Shown: positions 43,808 to 53,970, counted from the stretch's first letter. The stretch is 64,000 bases of DNA from Bdellovibrionota bacterium (GCA_044235645.1 JBIIHQ010000006.1:85952-149951), one strand, 5' to 3'. Translations and numbers: made by a program. Notes: generated by a model not told the origin, from the sequence alone.

Positions 43808-45658
43808 ATGCAAAGATCTCCCTCATTCGCCCCCCCTTCAGTCGACTCTCCCGCACCCTCTATCCCGACTCGGCTTGCCCGATTTCGGAAGAAGATGGCA
43901 GACGCAGGGTGGGATGGGTATCTCGTCCCTTCTGCCGATCCACATCTCAGCGAATATCTGCCTGACCACTGGAAGCGTCGAGAGTATCTTTCCGGCTTCA
44001 CCGGATCACTCGGCGATCTTCTGGTCGGTAAAACTGGGGCGTGGTTGTGGACCGATTCTCGCTACTTCCTTCAGGCCGAGGAGCAGCTCGCAGGAACTGA
44101 CATCTCGCTCTGTCGATTAGGCATCGCGGGAGAACCCACCCTCGAAACTGTTATCGATGAACACTTCTCTGGAATGACCGTTGCGGTTGATCCACATACC
44201 ATCTTAGTTCGTGACCGCGAACGGCTGACGAAGGCACTTGGAAAGGTGTCAGGGCAACTCATCCTTGCATCACACAATCTCGTTGATGCTGTTTGGGAAG
44301 ACCAGCCATCCCTTCCCGCCGATCCCATCTCAATACATCCCCTCTCGTTCGCGGGCATATCAGTCGCGGATAAGATATCTCTCGTACGGGAACACCTCGC
44401 AACCCTTCTTCCGCGTGAAGGGTTATCATACATACACCCCATTTCAGCCCTCGATGCGGTTGCGTGGCTTTTTAATATTCGAGGATCCGACATTCCGTTC
44501 AACCCCCTCGCCCTTGGGTATGCAGTGATCTCGTCAGATATCGCCGTTGCATATCTGAATCTCTCAATCGCATCCCGCGAGGTTGTCGCGCAGCTCGCTC
44601 ATGAGGGAGTAACGGTACGACCTTATGGCGACTTTATTTCTTCCCTCGAGGAATACCGAGGCACTTGGATTATTGATCCGCTCTCGACGAATGCGGCGAT
44701 CATTGAGATGATTGAAAGGAGTAATACTCCCCCCGTTATCAGAGCCCCGTCCCCCATAACCCTCCTTAAATCGGTCAAAAACCCCGTCGAGCTGGAGGGG
44801 ATGCGGATGGCACATCTGCTCGATGGAGCTGCGTTTACGTCGCTTCTTCACTGGCTCAATACGAGAGTCTTAGATACGGAGATAACGGAACTAAGCCTCG
44901 CCGAGAAACTCGAAGAGTTTCGCTCTCAGAATCCTACCTACCGCGGGCCAAGCTTTCCAACTATCGCTGGATTTGGCCCTCATGGAGCGATTGTGCATTA
45001 TTCCGCGACCCCTTCCAGTGCATCATCGGTGACACCGTCAGCACTTCTCCTTATCGATTCCGGAGGACACTATCTTCACGGCACCACCGACGCCACCCGC
45101 ACGATTCACCTCGGTGATCCCACCCCCGAGGAAGCAGAACGATATACGCTTGTTCTCAAGGGACACCTTGCCCTTGCGCGCGCCGTTTTTCCGGCAGGAA
45201 CCGATGGATGCGACCTTGATGCGCTCGCTCGTGCGCCATTGTGGAACCATGGCCTCAACTACGGGCACGGCACCGGTCACGGAGTCGGGTGCTACCTTCC
45301 GGTTCACGAGGGGCCACAGCGAATTGCACTGGGTCGACGGTCAGTATCCTTGCTTCCCGGCATGGTCGTCAGCAATGAGCCGGGCTACTACAAACCAGGT
45401 GCGTATGGAATTCGAATTGAGAACCTCTTGCTCGTGACCGAACGCCCTGACTTAGCCTCTCATGAGCTCGGCGAATTTCTCTCGTTTTCCCCCCTGAGTT
45501 TGGTACCCTACTGCCGGCGACTCGTGGTCCCTTCGCTCCTATCCGATGAGGAACGGAGTCAGATTAATGCCTATCACCGATTCGTTCGCGAGTCGTTAGA
45601 ACCGCTCCTCCCCCGCGATATCTCACTTTGGCTGCAACAAGAGACCGCTCCTGTGTAA
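43808..45658 (+). CDS. Xaa-Pro aminopeptidase (aminopeptidase P, M24B)
   Basis: DPHLSEY..RREYLSGFTGS, WTDSRY, DSGGHYLHGTTDATRT, HGTGHGVG, VHEGP, SNEPGYY, GIRIEN. Confidence 0.95.
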   Translation: MQRSPSFAPPSVDSPAPSIPTRLARFRKKMADAGWDGYLVPSADPHLSEYLPDHWKRREYLSGFTGSLGDLLVGKTGAWLWTDSRYFLQAEEQLAGTDISLCRLGIAGEPTLETVIDEHFSGMTVAVDPHTILVRDRERLTKALGKVSGQLILASHNLVDAVWEDQPSLPADPISIHPLSFAGISVADKISLVREHLATLLPREGLSYIHPISALDAVAWLFNIRGSDIPFNPLALGYAVISSDIAVAYLNLSIASREVVAQLAHEGVTVRPYGDFISSLEEYRGTWIIDPLSTNAAIIEMIERSNTPPVIRAPSPITLLKSVKNPVELEGMRMAHLLDGAAFTSLLHWLNTRVLDTEITELSLAEKLEEFRSQNPTYRGPSFPTIAGFGPHGAIVHYSATPSSASSVTPSALLLIDSGGHYLHGTTDATRTIHLGDPTPEEAERYTLVLKGHLALARAVFPAGTDGCDLDALARAPLWNHGLNYGHGTGHGVGCYLPVHEGPQRIALGRRSVSLLPGMVVSNEPGYYKPGAYGIRIENLLLVTERPDLASHELGEFLSFSPLSLVPYCRRLVVPSLLSDEERSQINAYHRFVRESLEPLLPRDISLWLQQETAPV

Positions 45659-45717
45659 AGGATGCCTTGGTGAGTGGCTCTTTTCCCGATTGCCCTCGGG
45701 CAGACATTCCCCACCAC

Positions 45718-46911
45718 TCAGGAAACTTTATCTCCCCGCCGAGTCCAGCGCTCACCAATAGTTGCTCCCACCCCGCCCGTGATTGCACACCACGTCAGGT
45801 AGTACAGAAAACTGACATGGAGCGGCGCGGTGGAATTGTGGTTCGAAGCAAACGGATAGCCAACGAAAAACCAACTGTAGAGGGCAATCAGCGCACAACT
45901 CCCAGCTGCTAGATATCGCGCGGCCCACCGCGGGGCGAGCAACACGAGCGCGGGGAGCGGATACACCAGATACTGAGGGCCAAATCCAGGGGCAAATATG
46001 AGAAATCCGCCGAACGCGAGGAGAAAGCCAAAAAGAATATCGGTGCTTCGAAGCGTATTCATAACGAAAACGGGCAGAGCCAGAATCAACAGCTTCGCCG
46101 GGAGCGCGTACAATGTCGCGATGATATGCGGAAATCCTGAAATCTCAGATCGCCACGGACCGAGAATTGTCGTAAGAAAGACGGTGATACCCCACATATC
46201 AAGAGGTGGCTGATATTGAAGAACATCTTGAATGAATGGCCAGCCACCCCATATGACTCCACCCACCACCGAAATGAGGGGAATTACCACCCCCAATAAA
46301 AATACCCACCAACGGCTCCACCCCACCACGAAAAGGGCAACCGGCACGAATACTAGTGGTGGCAGCTTTATCGAGGCTGCGATCCCAAGAATCAATCCAG
46401 CCCGAAACACACTCCCCCCCGAGTGAAGTACCACTGCGGATGCAAACGCCATCGAATTGACGAGCGAATCGAGGTTGCCGTGATACCCCGCGATCAGGAG
46501 TGGCACGGGGGCGAATCCGAAGAGACAAATACCAACGAGCCTCGACCGCAATCGACACCTGAATCCTATCAGGGTAAGGGTTAGCACATCGCCCAGGATC
46601 CCCGGAATCCGGAGAATAAAAGGAAACGCGATTCCTGTTGCGAGATGGATCTTATAAGTAGCCCACACCAAAAGCACACCCAAGGGGGGTACGTTGCAGA
46701 GCGAATCGCGCGCATACAGCCGCCACAATCCATCCTCATCAATGGCAACCGCGAATTGATACCATGCCGCGACATCACTCGACCCCACGGACGCCGCAGC
46801 AATCCAGATACGGAGAATGGTCGCGACACTTATCAGCGCGACGGGGATAAGGGCTGGAGGTGTCTGAAAGTTTCTCATTGCAGACGCTATGTGATTGTTA
46901 GTCATGCCCAC
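45718..46911 (-). CDS. Polytopic GT-C fold glycosyltransferase (GT87/DUF2029-like)
   Basis: About 10 TM segments; GSSDV, NVPP, HGNLD, IKLPP, PGFGPQYLVYP. Confidence 0.7.
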   Translation of the reverse strand: MGMTNNHIASAMRNFQTPPALIPVALISVATILRIWIAAASVGSSDVAAWYQFAVAIDEDGLWRLYARDSLCNVPPLGVLLVWATYKIHLATGIAFPFILRIPGILGDVLTLTLIGFRCRLRSRLVGICLFGFAPVPLLIAGYHGNLDSLVNSMAFASAVVLHSGGSVFRAGLILGIAASIKLPPLVFVPVALFVVGWSRWWVFLLGVVIPLISVVGGVIWGGWPFIQDVLQYQPPLDMWGITVFLTTILGPWRSEISGFPHIIATLYALPAKLLILALPVFVMNTLRSTDILFGFLLAFGGFLIFAPGFGPQYLVYPLPALVLLAPRWAARYLAAGSCALIALYSWFFVGYPFASNHNSTAPLHVSFLYYLTWCAITGGVGATIGERWTRRGDKVS

Positions 46912-47040
46912 GCTTCAGCACCGAAGGTCACCGGGAGGCAGCCACCGTCAGAATATGTGGGTTTTCGGCGGTTTACGCTACTGAGATTCTCGATGGTTCC
47001 ATAACCTCAAGAGGAGCCTTTCGCGAGAAACTGCAGAGAA

Positions 47041-47049
47041 TGGTATACT
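47041..47049 (+). promoter_or_regulatory. Possible extended -10 promoter
   Basis: TGGTATACT (TGn + TATACT) about 120 bp upstream of ATG 47168. Confidence 0.35.
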
Positions 47050-47167
47050 GTGGTTTGTCGCCCAGCTTACGGGGGAGCGCACCTCCCGTCAGCTACCGGG
47101 TAGGGAGGGCGACATAGATGCGAGCCCCGCGTTGGGATGCACCTCTTCGAAAACATTATCGCCGGCT

Positions 47168-48454
47168 ATGGCCACTTTAGATCCCTTGACCTCACAGAAT
47201 CGAGAGCCCCAACCACACGGGGTGACAGAGTCCTCCATTGAACAACAAAGCTCAGCAGCCTCACTCGGAGCTCCTGCTGAAGTCGGCACCCGCTCGGACC
47301 TTCAGAACACCTCACCGAACCGCTCTCGACCAAAGGACCCCCCCTCCTCGGCGGGGTCTATGCCGTCCGAGAGTAGAATTGGCCGCAGCGAGCTCGGTCC
47401 TGCTGAAACCCGGGATTCCAGAGGCGCTCTCCCCCCTGGCAAAGGGGAACAGACGTCGGCACTAAAAGGTCAAAATACGAATCTTCAGTCCAAGGTTCAG
47501 GACCTGATGAGCCAGTACGCAAATGGTACCATCTCCCAAGGAGAGCTGGTTCGACAGCTTAAAATGGTAAATAACGTCCTCGCCCACAACATGGTCAAGG
47601 AGGCAAAGCAGGCATTGGGAGGGAGCACTGCCCTTGCCACTTCGCCTGAGCACCAGTCACAACTCCCCCAGAGCCGTTCCCTCCTCGAGGACAACGCAAC
47701 AAACGTGAAGGCGGCAGGAGTTGAAGAGACGGGTCCTCCTCCACCCGAAAAGGCGGAATCAGCGTACGGGGCAATGGGTCAAGATGGCGCGCTTTCGACC
47801 GAGCACGAAAAACAGCAGGAAGAGCAGCGACAACAGAAGCAGGAAGCTGATCAACAGATGCTCGAGGGAATTATCGCTGACCGGGAAACAAACGAGCAGG
47901 CACAAATTCAGCGCACGAATCAGATAGTGGAGCAAAATGCTCGGGCCGCGCAGGACAAGCAGCGCCAGATGCAGGAGCAGCAAAAGCAACAGGAGGCGCA
48001 AACGCAGGAGATAACGGGCCAGAGAGGACAGATTGGCGAGTTCCTTCGGACAGCGTCAAAAGCGAGCGCCCAGAAGCAAAAATACCTCCAACGGACAAAA
48101 TCGAGGACATCTGTCGGTGTTATTCCACGGCTCGATAAGGAGCTTTCCCTCGGACCCCACCAACAGCAGTCGGTCTCTCACAGCTCAAGAGACTCGAAGA
48201 AGAGGAGCGATGGGCAGGAGGAGGATTTTCTCGAGATGCTCGGGGATGGGATCGCCTTTGAAGATTCGCCAGAGGGGGCTCGGGACAGCTCGTCCTCAAT
48301 TAATCCAGGTGATGACCGCCAGAGGGATAATGCTCGAGAAGATACCTTCCCGGGAACCGAACCAACATCTGCGGTCAGTGGACAGACCAAACACCCTCCG
48401 GAGCCCCAGCCCCTCCCCGATTGGTTCAAGCCTCTCGGTGATACAAAGTGGTGA
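47168..48454 (+). CDS. Hypothetical Q/E/S-rich, largely disordered protein with central coiled coil
   Basis: Long ORF with stretches such as QQEEQRQQKQE and QMQEQQKQQEAQ; no TM segment or signal peptide. Confidence 0.7.
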   Translation: MATLDPLTSQNREPQPHGVTESSIEQQSSAASLGAPAEVGTRSDLQNTSPNRSRPKDPPSSAGSMPSESRIGRSELGPAETRDSRGALPPGKGEQTSALKGQNTNLQSKVQDLMSQYANGTISQGELVRQLKMVNNVLAHNMVKEAKQALGGSTALATSPEHQSQLPQSRSLLEDNATNVKAAGVEETGPPPPEKAESAYGAMGQDGALSTEHEKQQEEQRQQKQEADQQMLEGIIADRETNEQAQIQRTNQIVEQNARAAQDKQRQMQEQQKQQEAQTQEITGQRGQIGEFLRTASKASAQKQKYLQRTKSRTSVGVIPRLDKELSLGPHQQQSVSHSSRDSKKRSDGQEEDFLEMLGDGIAFEDSPEGARDSSSSINPGDDRQRDNAREDTFPGTEPTSAVSGQTKHPPEPQPLPDWFKPLGDTKW

Positions 48455-48510
48455 GCCGGCCCCGACTTGAGTACGCACAACCCGGCATGCGCTTGGAATA
48501 ACAAGTTGAC

Positions 48511-49275
48511 CTATCGAGCGGTGCGCAGGATATTTTTTAATCGAATGAGAGCCCGGGATCGAATCTGAGATGCCCTGGACTCCGTAACCCCAAGGATCTC
48601 GCCAATCTCTTTCAGATTGAGCTCCTCATAAAAATAGAGCGATATAACAAGTCGTTCTTTCTCGGGGAGCCTATCAAGGGCGCGCGCAACGAGTTCGACC
48701 TTTTCTCCCCCCAGTATTCTGCTCAAGGGATCACGCATACGGCTCGGAAGCACCTCGTCTGCCTGAAAGCGGTCCTCTCCGTGCCCGAATCCGAGCTCCT
48801 CAAAACTCAACATGACAATGCTGCCGACCTCACTCAGGAGTCGCTGAAGCTCGTCCAGCTCAATGCCGAGCTCCCCAGCTACCTCCTCATCCGTTGCGGG
48901 ACGCCCCATCCGTTGTTCAATCCGGTGATAGGCTGATTCAACTTTATGAGCCTTATACCGAAGGGTGCGAGGAAGCCAATCCTGCGCCCGGAAACTATCG
49001 ATAATCGCCCCGCGAATCCGAAACTGGGCGTAGGTTGCGAAGTTAGTGTCGTGAGTTGGATCAAACTTCTCGAGCGCATCGACAAGTCCGATGATGCCGG
49101 AATTGAGCATCTCTTTAACATCGACCTCCTTGGGCAAGCGACCCGAGAGGCGATGAACAACCCGTTTTACGAGGGGCAGATAACTACGGATCACGTCCTC
49201 CCGCTCGTACTCACTGACCGAACGGTAGGCCTCAATCGCCGTTGTCTTCGCCTTAGTTGCCTTGAATTTCTTCAT
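48511..49275 (-). CDS. fliA: FliA/WhiG (sigma28) sigma factor
   Basis: YLPLVKRVVHRL, FATYAQFRIRGAIID, DWLPR, EELNLKEIGEILGVTESRASQI. Confidence 0.95.
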   Translation of the reverse strand: MKKFKATKAKTTAIEAYRSVSEYEREDVIRSYLPLVKRVVHRLSGRLPKEVDVKEMLNSGIIGLVDALEKFDPTHDTNFATYAQFRIRGAIIDSFRAQDWLPRTLRYKAHKVESAYHRIEQRMGRPATDEEVAGELGIELDELQRLLSEVGSIVMLSFEELGFGHGEDRFQADEVLPSRMRDPLSRILGGEKVELVARALDRLPEKERLVISLYFYEELNLKEIGEILGVTESRASQIRSRALIRLKNILRTAR

Positions 49276-49477
49276 AGCTCCTCAAAACTCCGACAACTAT
49301 CGCGCAAATAATTCGGATGCCAACAATAACGATAGCGGCTCTCACCGCGAGCGTTCCGAGCCCAATATCGTGTCGCCACCCCTCAACGCCCACAACGATG
49401 AGGCTGATAAGCGCGAAAAGCGCAAACGCGAATCGCACATACCGGAGATCGTTCTTCCGAGCCATTACTTCACTCAC
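49253..49477 (-). CDS. Small two-TM protein, FlgV-like by position and topology
   Basis: Two hydrophobic helices; overlaps the flhG stop (GTGA) and the fliA start. This is the slot flgV occupies in Campylobacter (flhG-flgV-fliA). Confidence 0.6.
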   Translation of the reverse strand: MSEVMARKNDLRYVRFAFALFALISLIVVGVEGWRHDIGLGTLAVRAAIVIVGIRIICAIVVGVLRSYEEIQGN

Positions 49478-50394
49478 AGAGCAACCTGCCTAGCGAGAAT
49501 GTCCTGGAAGAATAACTGAAGTCCGCCACGCACTTGTGGCCCCTCCGACACCTCATCGACACGTTTTGCCAATCTCCTTAAGGACAATCCTGATTGAGAG
49601 GTCGGAAAAATCTCTAACAGTGGTCTATTTCGCAATATTGCTGCTGAGACTGCTGAATCATGTGGAATAAAACCGAGATATGAAACTCGAATTCGCAGAA
49701 AACGCTCGCAAGAGTGCATCAATCTTGTTGCTGCTCTGCGTGCAAGCCGCTCCGGGTCCTCGTCAAACCCACTCACATTGTTGACAACGAGGGATATCTT
49801 AGTTTCACCGTAATGGCCCACCAGGACCTTTATCAGCGCATAGGCGTCCGCGATTGACGTTGGCTCTGGGGTGATCACAACCAGAACTTCAGAGGAAACC
49901 GCATTAAAATACATGACATCTGGACCAATACCCGCCTGCGTATCGATGAGTAGGTAGTCGTATCCCCTCGCCACCGATTCCAGCTCCGCACACATCCGCA
50001 TCCGCTGCTCTACCGAGAGAACCGCGAGCGACTCTATCCCCGATGCAGCCGCGATTAAAGAGACACCGTGGGGTGTTTCAACTATCGCCTCTTTCAATGG
50101 AAGATTGGAAAGGATAACCTGCTCAAGTGTCTGGGAAGGACGGATACCGAACATCACGTCGACATTTGCCAACCCAAAATCACAATCCATGAGCAAAACG
50201 CGCCGACCCCGCTCAGCGAGCGCGATAGCAAGATTCACCGCCGTATTAGTCTTGCCTACTCCTCCTTTCCCGCTGGTGATGCTCATCACACGGGGGATGC
50301 CCGTCTTCCCTCCCCGGTATACGCCATCTTCATCCATCATTGCATCTTCCCCAACCCAGGTTTGGCTCATAAAATTTACCCACGCTCGATACAC
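49474..50394 (-). CDS. flhG: FlhG/FleN MinD-family ATPase
   Basis: ITSGKGGVGKT, DCDFGLANVD, IDTQAGI, TPEPTSIADAYALIK. Start may be ~50340. Confidence 0.92.
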   Translation of the reverse strand: MYRAWVNFMSQTWVGEDAMMDEDGVYRGGKTGIPRVMSITSGKGGVGKTNTAVNLAIALAERGRRVLLMDCDFGLANVDVMFGIRPSQTLEQVILSNLPLKEAIVETPHGVSLIAAASGIESLAVLSVEQRMRMCAELESVARGYDYLLIDTQAGIGPDVMYFNAVSSEVLVVITPEPTSIADAYALIKVLVGHYGETKISLVVNNVSGFDEDPERLARRAATRLMHSCERFLRIRVSYLGFIPHDSAVSAAILRNRPLLEIFPTSQSGLSLRRLAKRVDEVSEGPQVRGGLQLFFQDILARQVAL

Positions 50395-50434
50395 AAAATA
50401 TCGTCACAACCGACTACAGCCTCCCATCTCACTC

Positions 50435-52504
50435 CTATCCCTCCATCGAAATCACCCCGAGGGACTGCACCCGCACATTCGGCGCAACCTCGCTGTGACT
50501 AATAACAGCGAAACCCGGGGTAAATCTTTCACAAAATCGGGCCAGTGCCGCCCGCAGATGAGCGGGTACAAGCAATAAAGGAGTATAGCCCTGCTCCAAA
50601 AACTTCTCCGACAACTTCGTAAGCTTTCCTATCATCAACTGAGCGAATGGAGGGTCAAGCGCAAGAAAGCTGCCCTCATCAGTCTGCTGAACCGCATCAG
50701 CCAACTGACGCTCTACCGGCGCTGCTATCGAGGCGAGTGGCAATACCCCTGCCTGACTGGTGTAGCGTGCCGTGATCACCCGGGACATGCGTCTGCGAAC
50801 AAACTCTGCCAATCGCTCAGGGTGTTTTACGGTGGGCGCCCAATCGCCAAGCGTTTCAAGAATGCCCTTCAGGTCACGAATACTCACCTGTTCCCGAAGC
50901 AGTGTCTGGAGAACCTGTTGCACCTGGCCGACTGAGAGATGCGTGGGTACGAGCTCCTCAAGCACCTTCGGTGAATCCTTGGCAACATTATCAAGAAGCT
51001 GCTGCACCTCCTGCCGTCCGAGCAGCTCGTGCATATGACCACGAATAATCTCGGTCATATGCGTCGCAACAACGGTTGTTAAATCGACAACGGTATATCC
51101 CATAAACTGAGCACGCTCCTTATCGTGCTCAGGTATCCACAAGGCATCGAGCCCAAAGGCCGGCTCCCTCGTCGGGATACCCTGCAAGGGGGATGCCACG
51201 GTACCAGGGTCCATCGCAAGGAGATATCGGGGTTTAAGATCACCCCGCGCAATGATAGCTCCTCGCAAAACCAGCCGATATTCAGCCGAAGGAATCCGTA
51301 CATTATCTTTAATGTGGATCGGCGGAACGATAAATCCGTACTCCGTGGCAAATTGTCGACGCAGATTCCTGATACGCTCGACAAGATCACCACCATCGAC
51401 GAGATGCACCAATTCAAAACCGAGCTCAAGCTCAAGCGTATCAAGACCCAGCAATCCCAACACCTCCTCAGTACTTCCCGGTTTAGGGGCATTTTCGTCG
51501 GGAGCAGCCTCGATCTTCGGCGGTTTCACGAGCGCTTCAGCTATGACGCGCCGTCGAACAAAGCCAACCGCCGCAACCCCCACGCTAAGCAGCATGAACG
51601 GGAAAAATGGGAGCCCCGGAACAAGCGCAAAGCCACCGCATACCGCCGAAGTCAAAAAGAGTGGCCGTACCGAGCCGGATAACTGACGGAAAACATCGGC
51701 ATTCAGATCCTCTCCCGACCCTGCTCGAGTAACGATGAGCCCCGCCGCCGTGGAGATGATGATCGCGGGGATCTGGCTGACCAGACCGTCCCCAATGGTA
51801 AGGAGGCTGTAGGTTTGGGCGGCAGTGAGCCAATCCATCCCCTTCTGAGCCACCCCTATTATCAGACCTCCAACGATATTGATCCCCGTGATAAAGACCC
51901 CAGCAACCGCATCTCCACTAACAAACTTGGCAGCTCCGTCCATGGAGCCATAGAATTCTGCCTCTTGCTGAACTTCCTTTCTTCGCTGACGGGCCTCTGT
52001 CTCCTTGATAATACCGGTATTCAAGTCGGAATCGATCGCCATCTGTTTCCCCGGCATCCCGTCGAGGGTGAATCTGGCGGCGACCTCCGCTATTCTGCCC
52101 GAACCCTTGGTGATGACCTTGAGATTAACGATGCTGATAACGACAAACATCACAAAACCGATAATGTAGTTACCGCCTACTACGAACTCTCCGAAAGCCT
52201 TGATGACACTTCCCGCCGCCTCATGCCCTCTATCCCCATTTAGGAGGATGAGTCGTGTTGCCGCAACATTCATCGAGAGCCGAAAAAGGGTGGTAACAAG
52301 GAGGAGCGCCGGAAAGGATGAGAATGAGAGAGGCCGCTCAATATAGAGAGACACGAAGAGGATAACGAGAGAAATCGTTATATTCAGCGCGATGCAGACA
52401 TCAAGGAGAGCCGTCGGCAGGGGCAGAACAAGGATCAGAAGAACCCCTATCAATGATGCCGGAATCGCGAGTGACTGTGCGATCCTCATCCGAGACTCTG
52501 CCAT
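50435..52504 (-). CDS. flhA: Flagellar export gate protein FlhA
   Basis: FPALLLVTTLFRL, RIAEVAARFTLDGMPGKQMAID, FYGSMDGAAKFV, GDGLVSQIP, EPAFGL. Confidence 0.96.
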   Translation of the reverse strand: MAESRMRIAQSLAIPASLIGVLLILVLPLPTALLDVCIALNITISLVILFVSLYIERPLSFSSFPALLLVTTLFRLSMNVAATRLILLNGDRGHEAAGSVIKAFGEFVVGGNYIIGFVMFVVISIVNLKVITKGSGRIAEVAARFTLDGMPGKQMAIDSDLNTGIIKETEARQRRKEVQQEAEFYGSMDGAAKFVSGDAVAGVFITGINIVGGLIIGVAQKGMDWLTAAQTYSLLTIGDGLVSQIPAIIISTAAGLIVTRAGSGEDLNADVFRQLSGSVRPLFLTSAVCGGFALVPGLPFFPFMLLSVGVAAVGFVRRRVIAEALVKPPKIEAAPDENAPKPGSTEEVLGLLGLDTLELELGFELVHLVDGGDLVERIRNLRRQFATEYGFIVPPIHIKDNVRIPSAEYRLVLRGAIIARGDLKPRYLLAMDPGTVASPLQGIPTREPAFGLDALWIPEHDKERAQFMGYTVVDLTTVVATHMTEIIRGHMHELLGRQEVQQLLDNVAKDSPKVLEELVPTHLSVGQVQQVLQTLLREQVSIRDLKGILETLGDWAPTVKHPERLAEFVRRRMSRVITARYTSQAGVLPLASIAAPVERQLADAVQQTDEGSFLALDPPFAQLMIGKLTKLSEKFLEQGYTPLLLVPAHLRAALARFCERFTPGFAVISHSEVAPNVRVQSLGVISMEG

Positions 52505-52541
52505 GATCCTTCCCCGTAAATAGACGATTCAGCCTTGAAAA

Positions 52542-53621
52542 CTACCTTGAAACGCTTGCTCCCTTGAGTCGATATACATAGCCAAGGACCTCGGCGACTG
52601 CTCGGTAAAGATCGTGGGGAATCTGCTGACCGACCTTCACGGAGGCATACAGTGCCCGGGCAAGTAACTTGCGCTCGACGATCGGCACCCCTGCCTCTTT
52701 GGCTATCTCGCGGATCCGCAACGCAAGGTATCCCGTTCCTTTTGCAACGACTTCCGGAGCCCCCATCTTGGAACGATCATATCGAAGGGCAACTGCGTAA
52801 TGAGTCGGATTGGTAATCACCACGTCCGCTTTCGGTACCGCTGAGGCAAGCTTTTGAACAAGGCGCGCTCGACCTTTGCTAACCATCTTGCGCTTGGTTG
52901 CCTCATCACCTTCCATGTTTTTATGTTCATCCTTGACCTCTTGCTTGGTCATGTTGTTCTGCCGATGCCACCGATATTTCCCGTAGACATAATCAATGGC
53001 CGCGATCGCCGCAAAAACCGCTATCAAACGCCAGAACACAATGGTCATTCCATTTCCGGCAAAGAGCAGAAGCCCCTCAATGCCTCGAAATGGCAACATG
53101 ACTGCCTCTTGAGTCGAAGATCGAATCGCAAAATAAGCGATAGGAAGGACGAGAGCGAGCTTTCCTATCGCCTTCAGAGTTGTGAAGAAGCCCGCTGGGG
53201 AAAAAATCCGTCTAATCCCCGCAATGGGATTAAGAGCGGAGAATCGAAAACGAATAATCGACGCTTTGATGTTCCACTTCGTTTGAATCATCACCGCGAG
53301 ACTTGCAACAATACTATTGATAAAAAGGAGTAACAGAAGGAATGGGCCGACATGCCACAACGATTCGACAAACCAGTGCCCAATATTGTTCGTTGAAAGA
53401 TCTGTCGTTTGAGGGAGAGATGCGAGTGTAGTCCGAAGAATCTCCCTCAAACCCGCAAATAACTTCGGAGCAATTCGTGTTGCAACAAGAAATGCAACAG
53501 CAAGAGTTGCGATCTGAGCCACCTCACTCGAGAAGTACACCCGGCCTTCCCGCTGCATCTCCTGCAGTCGGCGCCCCATGGGCAGTTCGGTACGCTCTTC
53601 TGGAGATGAATAGTCAGCCAC
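52542..53621 (-). CDS. flhB: Flagellar export switch FlhB
   Basis: EERTE, MTKQEVKDEHKNMEGD, NPTH autocleavage site, APEVVAKG. Confidence 0.95.
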   Translation of the reverse strand: MADYSSPEERTELPMGRRLQEMQREGRVYFSSEVAQIATLAVAFLVATRIAPKLFAGLREILRTTLASLPQTTDLSTNNIGHWFVESLWHVGPFLLLLLFINSIVASLAVMIQTKWNIKASIIRFRFSALNPIAGIRRIFSPAGFFTTLKAIGKLALVLPIAYFAIRSSTQEAVMLPFRGIEGLLLFAGNGMTIVFWRLIAVFAAIAAIDYVYGKYRWHRQNNMTKQEVKDEHKNMEGDEATKRKMVSKGRARLVQKLASAVPKADVVITNPTHYAVALRYDRSKMGAPEVVAKGTGYLALRIREIAKEAGVPIVERKLLARALYASVKVGQQIPHDLYRAVAEVLGYVYRLKGASVSR

Positions 53622-53672
53622 GATTGCTCCGCGAAGTCTCGCCTTCGGATAAACTCATCAAAAAAAACTAAC

Positions 53673-53970
53673 GTGACCCATCTTCAGGAGAATACAAAGA
53701 TCCGGTTCGGCCAATCTAACTCGTCGAGTGGCTCCGAAAAATCGCGGCTTCCGATGACGTGGAACCGAGCCGCGCCAGACTACTGACACAATAAAACAGG
53801 GCTTCACCACTCGAGCAAGAAGGGTGCCAGCTCCCACCGGCCCAGAAAGGCGCCGATTACCCCAAGAAGTGCCCACGCTCCTGATGACCGTCAAAAGGTT
53901 GCCATGGGGGGCCGAATTTGGTTTGCAAAAGGCGTCTCCTCATGTAACCCATCTTCTAGGAGAAAAAAGA
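53673..53970. repeat. Imperfect ~27-bp direct repeat flanking the sigma54 promoter
   Basis: GTGACCCATCTTC-AGGAGAATACAAAGA (53673-53700) and GTAACCCATCTTCTAGGAGAAAAAAGA (53944-53970). Confidence 0.65.
53814..53830 (-). promoter_or_regulatory. Sigma54 (-24/-12) promoter for the flhB operon
   Basis: Minus strand reads CTGGCACCCTTCTTGCT: GG-N10-GC with TGGCAC and TTGC, about 190 bp upstream of flhB and oriented toward it. Confidence 0.75.
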
